64,000 bases of DNA from Desulfurococcales archaeon (GCA_027014955.1 JALWDA010000073.1:12926-76925); one strand, 5' to 3'. Shown: positions 8,993-18,610, numbered from the stretch's first letter. A program made the numbers and translations. The notes: generated from the sequence alone by a model not told the origin.

Positions 8993-10714
8993 GTGTTCAG
9001 GGTGTATGTGTTGGAGGCCCGGCATGGGGAGACTTCCAGTGGACTTGAGCGAGTAATAGGGCTCCTCAGGTATATTGGTAAAATGATAATGTTCTCGTCG
9101 TTCATGGTGTTCGTACCCGGGTTCTACTCGCTCTACCGTGACCTAAGAGGGAGCATAATACTAACTCTAGACTGGATGCTCCTCGCGAGCTTGGTAATAC
9201 TAATGTATGCTATTTTTCATAACGTGAGGTCGAGAATAACTAAAACCACCGCAGTAGTGCTAGTTTTTTTCCCTATTGCATTACTGCTTGTATGGCACAT
9301 GCATCCTTTAACATTGTCCCGTCTTAGTGATGTGACGCTTGCTTTTAACCTGTACGGCGCATTCATGATAACTATAGGGTATCTCATGAACAGCCTGTCT
9401 GGTAGAGACATATCCCTCAGGCTTGAGGAGGCCATATTCTTGGTTGCACTCCTATGGGTCTTAATACCTCCACTCGTAGCTGTGCCAGTGTATCTTTTCC
9501 TCAAGATACCATTCATTAACCTATGGTTCGAAAGCGTGAACGGCATGGCAGGAACTGGCCTGACCACGTTCACGGGCGAAGTTGACCCCCATGGATACTA
9601 TGTGCCTTCAGTTGAGGAACTGCCCAAACCTATACTCCTCTGGCGTTCACTTATCCAGTGGGTCGGTGGGATAGGCATTGTTGTCACAAGTATGGCGGTC
9701 CTTGCAAGACCTGGCCTTGGCGTAATTCTGCTAAGCCAAGTCGAGGGTCGCCTGGAGAGGATAGAGCCCAGTATTAGAAAAACAGCGGTCCAGATGGTAA
9801 AGTTCTACACGGGGCTTACTCTGCTTTCCTTCATACTATTCGCGCTGGCTGGAATGGACGTCTTCAACGCTGTTGCACACGCCCTAACAGGTATATCTAC
9901 TGCCGGCTTCTCTACAAATTCGGGCAGCATAGGGGGCTTCAACTCTTTGTCTATCGAGATAGCTGCCATAATAGTCATGTTCATAGGGGCCTCTAATTTC
10001 TATGACATGTACAAATCGCTTAGAAAACCCAGTTTCATTATACGGTCGGTGGAGTTCAGGTTCATGCTTGCCTTGACTGTGGTTGGCATAGTGGTCGGCA
10101 CGTTCATATTGTTTATTCAGGGAGGCGAGTCTCTTGAAACAGCGCTTAGGGCGGCATCCTTCCAAGTGGTAAGCGGTCTGACCACTACTGGCTTCCAGTC
10201 CTATGATCTTTCCGAGGCACCCGTGGCCTTCAAGTTCATGTTGACCATACTAATGCTCATAGGAGGCAGCGTGTTTTCAACTGCAGGCGGAATAAAATTG
10301 TTCAGGATACTAGTAGTCTTTAAGGCGTTCAAAGAGGAAATAAGGAAGATAACAGGGCCCCCCGGGACCATTGCCACATATAGGGTTGGTAGATACGACC
10401 TGGAGGAATCAGACGTCCTAAGAGCAATTCTAGTTGCAGTGTTGTTCCTCCTTATAGCCAACATTGGCCTGGTCTATACCATGTTCAGGCTAGCGGACTC
10501 CTACAATGTGGATGACATATACTTTGACACCATAAGTGCACTCACCAACATAGGCCTTAGCGCCGGTGTGGCGGGAGCATCACTGCCCGATGATGTTAAG
10601 GTCCTTTTCATGACAATGTCAACCCTAGGCCGTCTAGAAATTCTCCCGATACTCGTACTGTCCTTCAAGATAGCGAAGAGCCTGAGGAGAAACATGGCGT
10701 TCAAGAGCCGCTGA
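8993..10714 (+). CDS. trkH: TrkH-family potassium uptake membrane protein
   Basis: Four pore loops (FESVNGMAGTGLT, ISTAGFS, LTTTGF, LTNIGLS), WRSLIQWVGGIGI, STAGGIKLFR, GRLEI. Exact start uncertain. Confidence 0.92.
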   Translation: MFRVYVLEARHGETSSGLERVIGLLRYIGKMIMFSSFMVFVPGFYSLYRDLRGSIILTLDWMLLASLVILMYAIFHNVRSRITKTTAVVLVFFPIALLLVWHMHPLTLSRLSDVTLAFNLYGAFMITIGYLMNSLSGRDISLRLEEAIFLVALLWVLIPPLVAVPVYLFLKIPFINLWFESVNGMAGTGLTTFTGEVDPHGYYVPSVEELPKPILLWRSLIQWVGGIGIVVTSMAVLARPGLGVILLSQVEGRLERIEPSIRKTAVQMVKFYTGLTLLSFILFALAGMDVFNAVAHALTGISTAGFSTNSGSIGGFNSLSIEIAAIIVMFIGASNFYDMYKSLRKPSFIIRSVEFRFMLALTVVGIVVGTFILFIQGGESLETALRAASFQVVSGLTTTGFQSYDLSEAPVAFKFMLTILMLIGGSVFSTAGGIKLFRILVVFKAFKEEIRKITGPPGTIATYRVGRYDLEESDVLRAILVAVLFLLIANIGLVYTMFRLADSYNVDDIYFDTISALTNIGLSAGVAGASLPDDVKVLFMTMSTLGRLEILPILVLSFKIAKSLRRNMAFKSR

Positions 10715-10759
10715 AAAGCCTAATTAAACCACGTAATTACACTGAAGGTCTCAAAGTCT

Positions 10760-11518
10760 TTACACGTCTCCGATTATTCCCGATAATTCCCCTAGAGGTG
10801 GAAACTCCATGGAGCTGCCCCCCGGCTCAAATATTATGGGAATGGCCTCCTCGATTATTCCGATTTTCTTCACAATAGGAGATAGGTAGGCAGAGCGGTC
10901 AAGTGTTACGGGGTTACCTGTTTGGTAGTAACCGGCGGCTGGAAGAACTATTAGGGTCCTCCCGTCCACAAGGGGCATGGAAAGGAAGCAGGGATACTTA
11001 GCTACGCTTCCCAGCTCGTCCGAGACTTTTATCGCTGGATGCTCGTGTCCAATAATCACATACTTTGCCCCCCGTGCCTCCTCTTCACTGTACATTCTAT
11101 GACCGTGGACAAGCAGGGTCTCTGAGTCAAGCCTCAGGCTCTCAACAACCTCTACGTCGAACCTGTTGGTTATGATTGTTATGTAATTGTCGTGATTCCC
11201 CCTGATAAGCAAGACATCGCTAAACAAGTCTTTGGCATGGGCGAGGAACTTGGAGACCTCCTCTCGCTCTTGCATCGTGAGTTTCTCGAAAGTATGTTTA
11301 AGGTCACCATCTATCACAAGAAGACTAGCCCCTGTCTCCCTATGTAGCCTATCTAGAAGGTCTAAAGCTTTCTTTAGCTGGAGACGGGGGAGATATACCC
11401 CCTCTTTCGCAGCCTCTGACTCGAAGCCTAAGTGTAGGTCGGCTAATACCAGTGCCTTTTTCCCTCTATGATACATAGCAGGGCTTCCAGGTACAATGGC
11501 CAAGCTACCGTACTTCAA
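10760..11518 (-). CDS. Calcineurin-like metallophosphoesterase
   Basis: ADLHLG, GDLKH, RGNHD, HGH, IGHEHP motifs. Confidence 0.9.
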   Translation of the reverse strand: MKYGSLAIVPGSPAMYHRGKKALVLADLHLGFESEAAKEGVYLPRLQLKKALDLLDRLHRETGASLLVIDGDLKHTFEKLTMQEREEVSKFLAHAKDLFSDVLLIRGNHDNYITIITNRFDVEVVESLRLDSETLLVHGHRMYSEEEARGAKYVIIGHEHPAIKVSDELGSVAKYPCFLSMPLVDGRTLIVLPAAGYYQTGNPVTLDRSAYLSPIVKKIGIIEEAIPIIFEPGGSSMEFPPLGELSGIIGDV

Positions 11519-11823
11519 AAGACCTCCCCTTACTTGCCTAATTAGCGGTCCTTAACAATACTTACCAAATTACACATGATGTTTTAGACATGTTTTTGTT
11601 TAGCCTCTTAGGTTGATGTCTAGCGTCTTACAAAAGCAAGCTGAATAACCGCAAGTCTGGGCTCCGTTAGTAAATTGTTTTCCAAGAGAGCCTACTTGGA
11701 GCCATTGTTTTAAAGACTTGCGTAGTAGTATAAAAACGTAAAAGAGACTGGAGTTCAGATGGCTTCGGACAAAGCATAATCACATGGTCAACATTTAGGA
11801 ACACCGCCGTGGAACAAGCGTGG

Positions 11824-11884
11824 CTGTGATGAAGTGGGCAGCCCTTGACCAGCCCGGGATGATGACCCTAGTCTCACACTGAGC
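11824..11884 (+). ncRNA. Box C/D methylation-guide sRNA
   Basis: GTGATGA(11826)-AGTGGGCAGCCC-TTGA-CCAGCCCGGG-ATGATGA-CCCTAGTCTCACA-CTGA(11879-11882), intergenic. Confidence 0.9.
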
Positions 11885-11904
11885 AACGCAAAGACATTGA
11901 GAGA

Positions 11905-12387
11905 GTGGGGCTTTTGAAACGCTCTAAGCACCTTACAGAGGCCAGACTGGTGCCAGGCACTATAGTAATGATAGACCTAGATGACTTTGAACAAGTTACC
12001 CAGACACTTGGCCTAGACGAGTATAAACCCAACTTCGCAACAGGAGAACTCACTAACCTCATAGAAAGTTTCGCGAACAAGAAGAGAGGCGTCATCATTC
12101 ACGGCCTCGACCGCGAGAGGGGGACTGAGGAGGCAGTCATAGAAATACCTTACACAAGTCCCGAGGAAGTTATAAAAGATCTAGAGGAGATAATGGAAAA
12201 ACTGTCATCCATCGGAGTCAAAGCTACGATAGCAGTTGCGGAGGGAATGGTTTCGGCAAGACCAGCTCTCAACCCCAAGGAGGCTTTTAAGGGGACACCA
12301 TGGAGACATGCAGTGTACAAGATGCTACGTAAGATCAAGAGGAGGGGAGGAGGTAGGTTAATAGTATTGGGAGAGCATCCTGTATAA
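11905..12387 (+). CDS. Hypothetical protein with GGDEF/nucleotide-cyclase-like palm features
   Basis: IVMIDLDDF, RGTEEAVI, KATIAVA, KIKRRGGGRLIV. Confidence 0.6.
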   Translation: MGLLKRSKHLTEARLVPGTIVMIDLDDFEQVTQTLGLDEYKPNFATGELTNLIESFANKKRGVIIHGLDRERGTEEAVIEIPYTSPEEVIKDLEEIMEKLSSIGVKATIAVAEGMVSARPALNPKEAFKGTPWRHAVYKMLRKIKRRGGGRLIVLGEHPV

Positions 12388-12465
12388 AGTCTATTGTGCG
12401 CCCGCAAGTATATTAGACCCTCCATTATCCTCAAAGGAATGGAGTCTAGAGGGAGGCGGTGAGAG

Positions 12466-12693
12466 TTGAGGGGTTCCAAGAAAAAGTATGTATACATAGA
12501 AACCCCCAGCAGAAAATATGTGAAAGCAAGAGTCATGCTTCAAGGAAGAGAAGAGCCTACAGTAACCCCCACAATGGATGGGAATAGCATAATCATTGTG
12601 GGCAAGCCGACAAATAGGCCCCCCTGGGGATACAAGGTTGTTAAATTCGAAGACCTACCACCCGAGGTCAGGGCCAAGATAGAATACCTTTAA
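12466..12693 (+). CDS. Small basic crenarchaeal hypothetical protein (resembles DUF5622 as I recall it)
   Basis: GGAGGCGGTGA RBS before TTG; KKYVYIE...YVKARV...LPPEVR. Confidence 0.65.
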   Translation: MRGSKKKYVYIETPSRKYVKARVMLQGREEPTVTPTMDGNSIIIVGKPTNRPPWGYKVVKFEDLPPEVRAKIEYL

Positions 12694-12698
12694 CTGAC

Positions 12699-13742
12699 CT
12701 AAGCGGGCTTTGCTATAAGAATACCGTCCTCGTCGCGAATGATAGTCCCAATAACTACATCCCCTATCCTATAGTTACCCCTCCTGTCTATGAGTGTAAA
12801 CACACGGTCCCACCTGAGTGAAACACCTAAGAACTCTCCTGGTAACCAGCCCTGGCCTACTATAACAAGCTTCACGGTCTCCCCCTTAACGTAGGGTTGG
12901 GGAACCCGTGGGGCGGGCCTAAGCCCAAAGTCCTCGGGCCTTAAGACAAGCCTTACTCCAAATCTTTCCTCAAGCTCTTTCAGCTTGGTGAAAAAATATC
13001 TCCAACTCCACTCCTTTACCCCCGGTATCTTCCTCCCACGGCGATGTATGACATATTTCTGGATGCCGAGTGGAGGATACCTGCGTGATAACTCATTCTT
13101 GATAGCGAACTCCAGGATTTCCTCAATATCATGGTCATTAACACCGGGTATCCACACGGGTGTTATGTGGATGTCTATCCCAAAATCCTTGGACGCGATA
13201 AGTGCCAACCTTACTACTTTCTCTATGTCATAGCTCTGCGTGCCTGCTAGCATCCTCGCCTTATTAGGGTCAAGGCTATCTATGCTTAGGTTTATCCTAG
13301 AAACCCCTGCCTCCGCTAGCTTTTCCAGCAGACTCGGGCTAGCCCCATGAAGACGCGTCTCCAGGGCGACGCTCTCAACTCCCCTTAGGTCGGACACGGC
13401 TCTTATCATATCGGTGAGGCGGGGATGAGCGATGGGATCACCTGCACCGTCAAATAGAACGTGCAGGCTACCCTTATGCGCTATAGCCCTCGAAACCCAC
13501 TCTGCAAGCCACTCTTCATCGTCAACAATGAACTCCAGCACTCGAGGCGAGGAGGGACCAGCGTTAACACTGCAGAATATGCACGAGAGGCCGCAGAGGC
13601 TGGTTATTCTGACCTGGAGGTTGTTATAACCGCGGTCTATAACACCGAACCCAATATGGCCCATAAGGGGGAAGGGCGACCTTATTATGGCAAGGCCTCC
13701 CCTAAGCTCGAGCCCCTTGGTCATTAGTGTTCCCCGGGCCAA
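12699..13742 (-). CDS. Radical SAM protein with C-terminal TRAM-like beta domain (COG2100-like)
   Basis: PLMGHIGFGVIDRG.N.LQVR, CGLSCIFCS (CxxxCxxC), RINLSIDSLD, PVWIPGVND. Confidence 0.9.
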   Translation of the reverse strand: MARGTLMTKGLELRGGLAIIRSPFPLMGHIGFGVIDRGYNNLQVRITSLCGLSCIFCSVNAGPSSPRVLEFIVDDEEWLAEWVSRAIAHKGSLHVLFDGAGDPIAHPRLTDMIRAVSDLRGVESVALETRLHGASPSLLEKLAEAGVSRINLSIDSLDPNKARMLAGTQSYDIEKVVRLALIASKDFGIDIHITPVWIPGVNDHDIEEILEFAIKNELSRRYPPLGIQKYVIHRRGRKIPGVKEWSWRYFFTKLKELEERFGVRLVLRPEDFGLRPAPRVPQPYVKGETVKLVIVGQGWLPGEFLGVSLRWDRVFTLIDRRGNYRIGDVVIGTIIRDEDGILIAKPA

Positions 13743-13752
13743 GAGTCACCAC

Positions 13753-14274
13753 CTAGACCCTCCAGGAGCTAGGGTTGCTCACACCCATTATATACAAGAG
13801 CACTGTCCTCAAGTACCCCCTGTCATCGTAGAACCTTCTGATCTTGAAGGGGGCCCAGCCCGGTATCGGGAAATCCAATGTGACTATCCTCGAACCTTCC
13901 CGAAGTTCCATTTCATATTTCCTAGAGAGGCGTTCATTAATGCTTGTATATAGATAGGTGTAGACTACATCCGCATCATTCAGCTCTGCTTCCATGAAGT
14001 CTTTACACACTACACTAACCTTCTCTGCCACTCTATTATAGATAGCATTGGCCTCGGCAAGTACACACAGGTCGGGCTGGACCTCCACACATACACCCTG
14101 CGCGCCCAGGTGCTTGGCGGCTATTATGGGTACTCTGCCATCCCCGCATCCTAGGTCGTATAGGGTTTCTCCAGGCCTTACATCAGCAACCGCCAGCGCC
14201 ATGGCGATCGCTTTCAAGGGGCTTGAGATGAATGGAGCGTGTATGGGCAATCCTTGTTTGACCTCCTGTGCCAC
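13753..14274 (-). CDS. Class I SAM methyltransferase, aKMT/FAM173-like protein-lysine methyltransferase
   Basis: APFISSP, YDLGCGDGR, ADVVYTYL, ELREGSRIVTLDFPIPGW match the crenarchaeal aKMT pattern. Confidence 0.8.
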   Translation of the reverse strand: MAQEVKQGLPIHAPFISSPLKAIAMALAVADVRPGETLYDLGCGDGRVPIIAAKHLGAQGVCVEVQPDLCVLAEANAIYNRVAEKVSVVCKDFMEAELNDADVVYTYLYTSINERLSRKYEMELREGSRIVTLDFPIPGWAPFKIRRFYDDRGYLRTVLLYIMGVSNPSSWRV

Positions 14275-14346
14275 TGCTCCCTGTTTTTCTAAACCTTTGG
14301 CTTAAGGTAACTGTTATATATAGCTAGGTGTTTGAATGAAAAGTAG

Positions 14347-14385
14347 CTCCACCATCTGGTGGAGTATAAAAGAGACCTATATATA
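14347..14385. promoter_or_regulatory. Palindromic operator-like site abutting TATA boxes in a divergent promoter
   Basis: CTCCACCA-TC-TGGTGGAG (14347-14364), followed directly by TATAAAA and then TATATATA. Confidence 0.55.
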
Positions 14386-14442
14386 TTCCCGTCTTCGTGT
14401 TAAACATTAGTGCAGGGGTACAAACCCCACTGGGTGAGAAGT

Positions 14443-17187
14443 ATGAGTCCCAAAAAGGCATTCTCCCTGCTACTAATCATTGCAATGATAGCACCACTCG
14501 TACTGGCAATACCTTCGGCACAGGCACAGGAGGAAGGCGACCCCAACTGGGTTGACATAAACACACTGACACCCGAAATAATGGCCGACGAGCGGTTCCA
14601 GTTCAACCCGCTTGGCGTTAAGGAGATACGCTATGCGCTGAACCTGCTCATTGACAGGAGCCTCATCGTGGACAACATAATGGAAGGAAGCGCCGACGCA
14701 ATGCTAACAGCACTTCGACCCAACCACCCAGCATACGATATAATCGACGTGGAGGCGATCGAGGAAGAGTATGGACTCTTCCCAGCGGGAGACGTTGACA
14801 CGGCAGTCCAGGTCTATATGGATGCCCTAAAGAAGCTCAACGAGACCTACAGCGAGTATGGAATGTACCTGGTTTTCAAGAAGGGCGAAGATGATAAGGA
14901 GTGGCTGTACTTCGTCAAGCCAGACGGGACGGAACAGCAGGTCAAGATATACTTCATAATAAGGATAGAGGATGAGAGGAAACAGATAGGAGAACAGATA
15001 GCGGCGTGGATTGAGGAATACTTCAAGATAAAGGTCGAAAAGGTTGAGAAAGAGAGAAGCGTGGTCACACCAATAATCTACGGAACCAACCCAGCAAGCT
15101 ACGGGTTCGACACCCATCCATGGCACATATACACCGAAGGATGGGTCAGCATGACCGATGACCCGCCCTACTATGCAAGATATGACGCAGCCTTCTTCTA
15201 CGCATCGCTAAGAGGCTACGGACCCAACCACAGGGTCACCGACTGGTGGTACTACTACAACCCCGAGTCCTACGACCTAGGACTAAAACTCTATTTTGAA
15301 ACATATACACCCGACATGGTAGACCAGCTGTGGGAAGACATCAGGAAAATGCTAGAAATAGGAATACAGGACAGCATAAGAGCCTTCATAACAAACAACC
15401 TCGAGTACTTCATGGTTAACTCACAGGACGTCGACATACCAGTATATGGCAAACAAACGGGCCTGTGGAGCGCCTGGGGTCTGAGGACAGCTACAGCGCA
15501 GGATGGCACCATAACTGCACTGGAGTTCAGCAGCACCGGAGCCCTATTCATGAGCGCGTGGAACCCCATCTTGGGCTTCAACGATGTCTACAGCAGCCTA
15601 ATATGGGACCAGGTCCACAGCTTCGGCATGTACCCGCACTTCGAGACAGGCATACCCACGGAGACCACGGCGTCCTACAGTGTGACAACTGACTATAACA
15701 AGGATGACGAGGGCAATATTGTGGGCAACCTCCAGGTACCTGATAACGCCATTGTCTTCGACCCCGTCGAGAACAAGTGGATACCCATAAACCAGGCCGT
15801 GGCAGAGGGCAAGACTTACATACCAGGTGTAGAGGACCTGGCAAACGCCGGGGGCAAGGTGCCTGTCAAGGTAGTCTTCAACTACGCTCCCATAAAGTGG
15901 CATTACGGTGAGGACTTCAGCATATTCGATGTGCTCGGCTCTATGGCCTTCAGCTACGAATGGGCCGTTGACGATTCCGAGATAACGGGAGAGCCTGACC
16001 CGTACTACGACGCCGAATATGCAACCAACGCATACCAGGTACTCAGCCTCATTAAGGGTATCGAAGTCGTTAACGACACTGCCCTAGCAGTGTATACCGA
16101 CTATATAGACGTGGATCCAGCACTCATTGCATACTCAGTGCTGATGTATGCATCCATACCCTTTGATCTACTAGCGTCCATGGAGAAGCTGGTAGTCGAA
16201 GACATGGGAGACACCAACTACGGTTGGACCACAAGAGAAGAGACAGGAGAAACGGGCGTTGATATGTTGATACACTACAATGAAATAAAAACAAAGGCTG
16301 AAGAACTAGCGGCTAACCCGGAGATATACTACTTCAATGGTCTAGAAGACCTCGGCATCAATGTCAATATAGACCCTGCTGCAAGGTTCTCGAAGCTAGT
16401 GGAATGGATAAACAGCCGTGGCCATGCAGTAGTTAGCAACGGTCCATTCTACGTTGAAGAGTACAACCCTGATGCCAACTACTTCGTGCTGAAGTCCATA
16501 GAAAACCTAGGATTCGATAAAATAAGTTACATCGGAGTAGACATGCAGGTGCCAAACGTTGATACAATCGAGTTCAAGACCGTCACCACGCAAGAGGCTG
16601 GCATTGAGGCAATAAAGAGTGGAGAAGCAGACGTGTTCCTATGGAGCATGAGCAGGGCCAAGATAGGTGACATACCTGACACAGTCATGCTAATACCAAC
16701 GAGCTCCACCATGTACAACCTAGGATTCAACCCAGTGAGCAACGTGTATGACAGCAATAAAGAAGGAACAGTACCGCTGAAAGACAAGGAGCTTCCAGGC
16801 CAGGTCATACCAGGCCTGGTACTCTTCAATCCGCAACAGGTACTACAAGAGTATGCAACCCAGACCCCAACAGAGACTCCTACAGAAACCGCAACACCAA
16901 CACCCACACCAACAGAGACCGAGACAACGCCAACCCAAGAGACGACCCCGCCTCAACAAACACAGACTCCTACGGAGACCCAGCCACCTACACCAGGAAC
17001 GGTCACTGTAACAGTGACGCAGACCGTTACTCAGACGGCAACTCAGATGCAAACAGTAACCCAGACAGCTACTGTAACAGAAACTGTCACAGTAACTACA
17101 GGCGGTGGCAACACGGCGCTGATAGCGGGCGTGGTCATCGTAATAGTGATTGTTGCAGCGGCTGCTGCTTTAATGAGGAGACAGTAA
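14443..17187 (+). CDS. Family 5 (peptide/Opp-Dpp type) ABC solute-binding protein with Thr/Pro linker and C-terminal TM anchor
   Basis: ATG at 14443 after GGGTGA (track starts at 14410); signal peptide; IRYALNLLIDR, KWHYG...DV, SNGPFYV, IKSGEADV; T/P stalk, TM segment and RRQ tail. Confidence 0.92.
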   Translation: MSPKKAFSLLLIIAMIAPLVLAIPSAQAQEEGDPNWVDINTLTPEIMADERFQFNPLGVKEIRYALNLLIDRSLIVDNIMEGSADAMLTALRPNHPAYDIIDVEAIEEEYGLFPAGDVDTAVQVYMDALKKLNETYSEYGMYLVFKKGEDDKEWLYFVKPDGTEQQVKIYFIIRIEDERKQIGEQIAAWIEEYFKIKVEKVEKERSVVTPIIYGTNPASYGFDTHPWHIYTEGWVSMTDDPPYYARYDAAFFYASLRGYGPNHRVTDWWYYYNPESYDLGLKLYFETYTPDMVDQLWEDIRKMLEIGIQDSIRAFITNNLEYFMVNSQDVDIPVYGKQTGLWSAWGLRTATAQDGTITALEFSSTGALFMSAWNPILGFNDVYSSLIWDQVHSFGMYPHFETGIPTETTASYSVTTDYNKDDEGNIVGNLQVPDNAIVFDPVENKWIPINQAVAEGKTYIPGVEDLANAGGKVPVKVVFNYAPIKWHYGEDFSIFDVLGSMAFSYEWAVDDSEITGEPDPYYDAEYATNAYQVLSLIKGIEVVNDTALAVYTDYIDVDPALIAYSVLMYASIPFDLLASMEKLVVEDMGDTNYGWTTREETGETGVDMLIHYNEIKTKAEELAANPEIYYFNGLEDLGINVNIDPAARFSKLVEWINSRGHAVVSNGPFYVEEYNPDANYFVLKSIENLGFDKISYIGVDMQVPNVDTIEFKTVTTQEAGIEAIKSGEADVFLWSMSRAKIGDIPDTVMLIPTSSTMYNLGFNPVSNVYDSNKEGTVPLKDKELPGQVIPGLVLFNPQQVLQEYATQTPTETPTETATPTPTPTETETTPTQETTPPQQTQTPTETQPPTPGTVTVTVTQTVTQTATQMQTVTQTATVTETVTVTTGGGNTALIAGVVIVIVIVAAAAALMRRQ
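16855..17100 (+). repeat. Low-complexity Thr/Pro/Glu then Thr/Val/Gln coding repeat (stalk)
   Basis: TQTPTETPTETATPTPTPTETETTPTQETT...TVTVTVTQTVTQTATQ. Confidence 0.85.
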
Positions 17188-17205
17188 AATAAGCCTCACC
17201 AACTG

Positions 17206-17212
17206 TTTTTTT
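17206..17212 (+). terminator. Oligo-T archaeal terminator after the SBP gene
   Basis: T7 tract about 19 nt after the stop codon. Confidence 0.55.
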
Positions 17213-17474
17213 AAGACCATATTAAATAACGTTTAGGACCTATTCTACTACTTTTTGTACATCTTGAACGCGATACAGTAGGCTCTATATCCCTAAACGA
17301 TATAATCGAGTCTAGAAAGAGCCTGACTCAACTGATTTTTAAGTTACAATGTTATAACAATCTATGGCTTTATTGGTTTAGAGAATAAGCTTTTATCTCA
17401 CTTGGTTGTAAAAGACACTTGATTTAAAAGGCCTTGTTTATGCATCGATAGACTGGGCGGCGAGTGGTGTAAAA

Positions 17475-18596
17475 ATGAGTGGAGTGGCCCGGCTTCTGAT
17501 TGTGCAGACTATCAACAACTTAGCTATCCTATTGATAATTGTTGCTATAATTTCGGTAATATTCGTAATATATAATCAACAAGCTCTTGAAGGAGCTGTT
17601 ATAGAGGCTGTTCAGAACTACGCCCGTATGATTGAGAGAAACCCTAATCTTACTGAAGAGGAAAAGAAAATGTTGATAGAGCAGTTCGAGCAGAACCTTC
17701 GCTACAAGTTTGGTCTCTTGGGAAACCCTGTCCAAAAAGTATACAATATGATGATAAGGCTCTTGACTCTCGACCTTGGGAATGCGCGGCAGATATACAT
17801 AGGGGCATCCTATGCAATAAAGGACCAAGTCCTACTTGCTCTTAGGAACACAGCAATATTATTCACCACAGCTACCATAATAACAACCTTCGTAGGCCTC
17901 TTCATAGGCCTATATGCTGCCAGAAGGCCCCAAGGGTTGCTGGACAGGGTTCTCTCTATATCCGCGGTGTTCTCCGCCAGCCTCCCCACCTGGTGGCTGG
18001 GGATGCTCATGTTGCTGATATTCGCCTTCAAGCTTGGATGGTTCCCCTTCCAGTCGAAAGACATATTCATAAAGCTATCTGAGCTCTCCGCAGCCTATCA
18101 GGTTGGAGAAATGGGGTATTTCACCTACCTGGTCTCTAGAATTTATACCTGGATTTACTACATGTTCCTACCGCTAGTAACCGTTGTCATAGTATCCGTC
18201 GGCGGATGGGCCTACGTGGTCAGGAACATTGTGATAAACAGGATGACAGAAGACTTCGTCATGGTCGCCCGGGCAAAGGGGGTTCCCGAGCGAAAGGTGC
18301 TCTTCGGCCACATACTCAGGGCATCTAGCCCTCCCCTGGTCACAATCATTGTGCTCGGCCTGGTAAACAGTTTGGGAGGAGCCATAATAACCGAGACCGT
18401 CTTCGGGTGGCCCGGAATGGGTCTGCTATACTGGGTTGCGCTTACCAACAGTGAAACACTTCTGCTCGGCACGGTCACCTACGTCACAGTCCTGCTATTC
18501 GTGATAGCAGTGGTGATTCTCAACTTCATATACGCGCTCCTTGACCCGAGAGTTAGAACCGGGCATGCTGGCGGCATAGGCCCAGTGGCAAGATAA
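17475..18596 (+). CDS. Peptide ABC transporter permease (OppB/DppB family)
   Basis: EDFVMVARAKG EAA-like loop, GGAIITETVFGWPGMG, LDPRVR. Confidence 0.95.
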   Translation: MSGVARLLIVQTINNLAILLIIVAIISVIFVIYNQQALEGAVIEAVQNYARMIERNPNLTEEEKKMLIEQFEQNLRYKFGLLGNPVQKVYNMMIRLLTLDLGNARQIYIGASYAIKDQVLLALRNTAILFTTATIITTFVGLFIGLYAARRPQGLLDRVLSISAVFSASLPTWWLGMLMLLIFAFKLGWFPFQSKDIFIKLSELSAAYQVGEMGYFTYLVSRIYTWIYYMFLPLVTVVIVSVGGWAYVVRNIVINRMTEDFVMVARAKGVPERKVLFGHILRASSPPLVTIIVLGLVNSLGGAIITETVFGWPGMGLLYWVALTNSETLLLGTVTYVTVLLFVIAVVILNFIYALLDPRVRTGHAGGIGPVAR

Positions 18597-18610
18597 GAGG
18601 TGCATTAGAC

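Noticed and set aside
16855..17100. Repetitive AC-rich DNA as a possible CRISPR array or tandem repeat element
   Set aside because: Fully explained by the Thr/Pro stalk codons; no constant repeat with unique spacers
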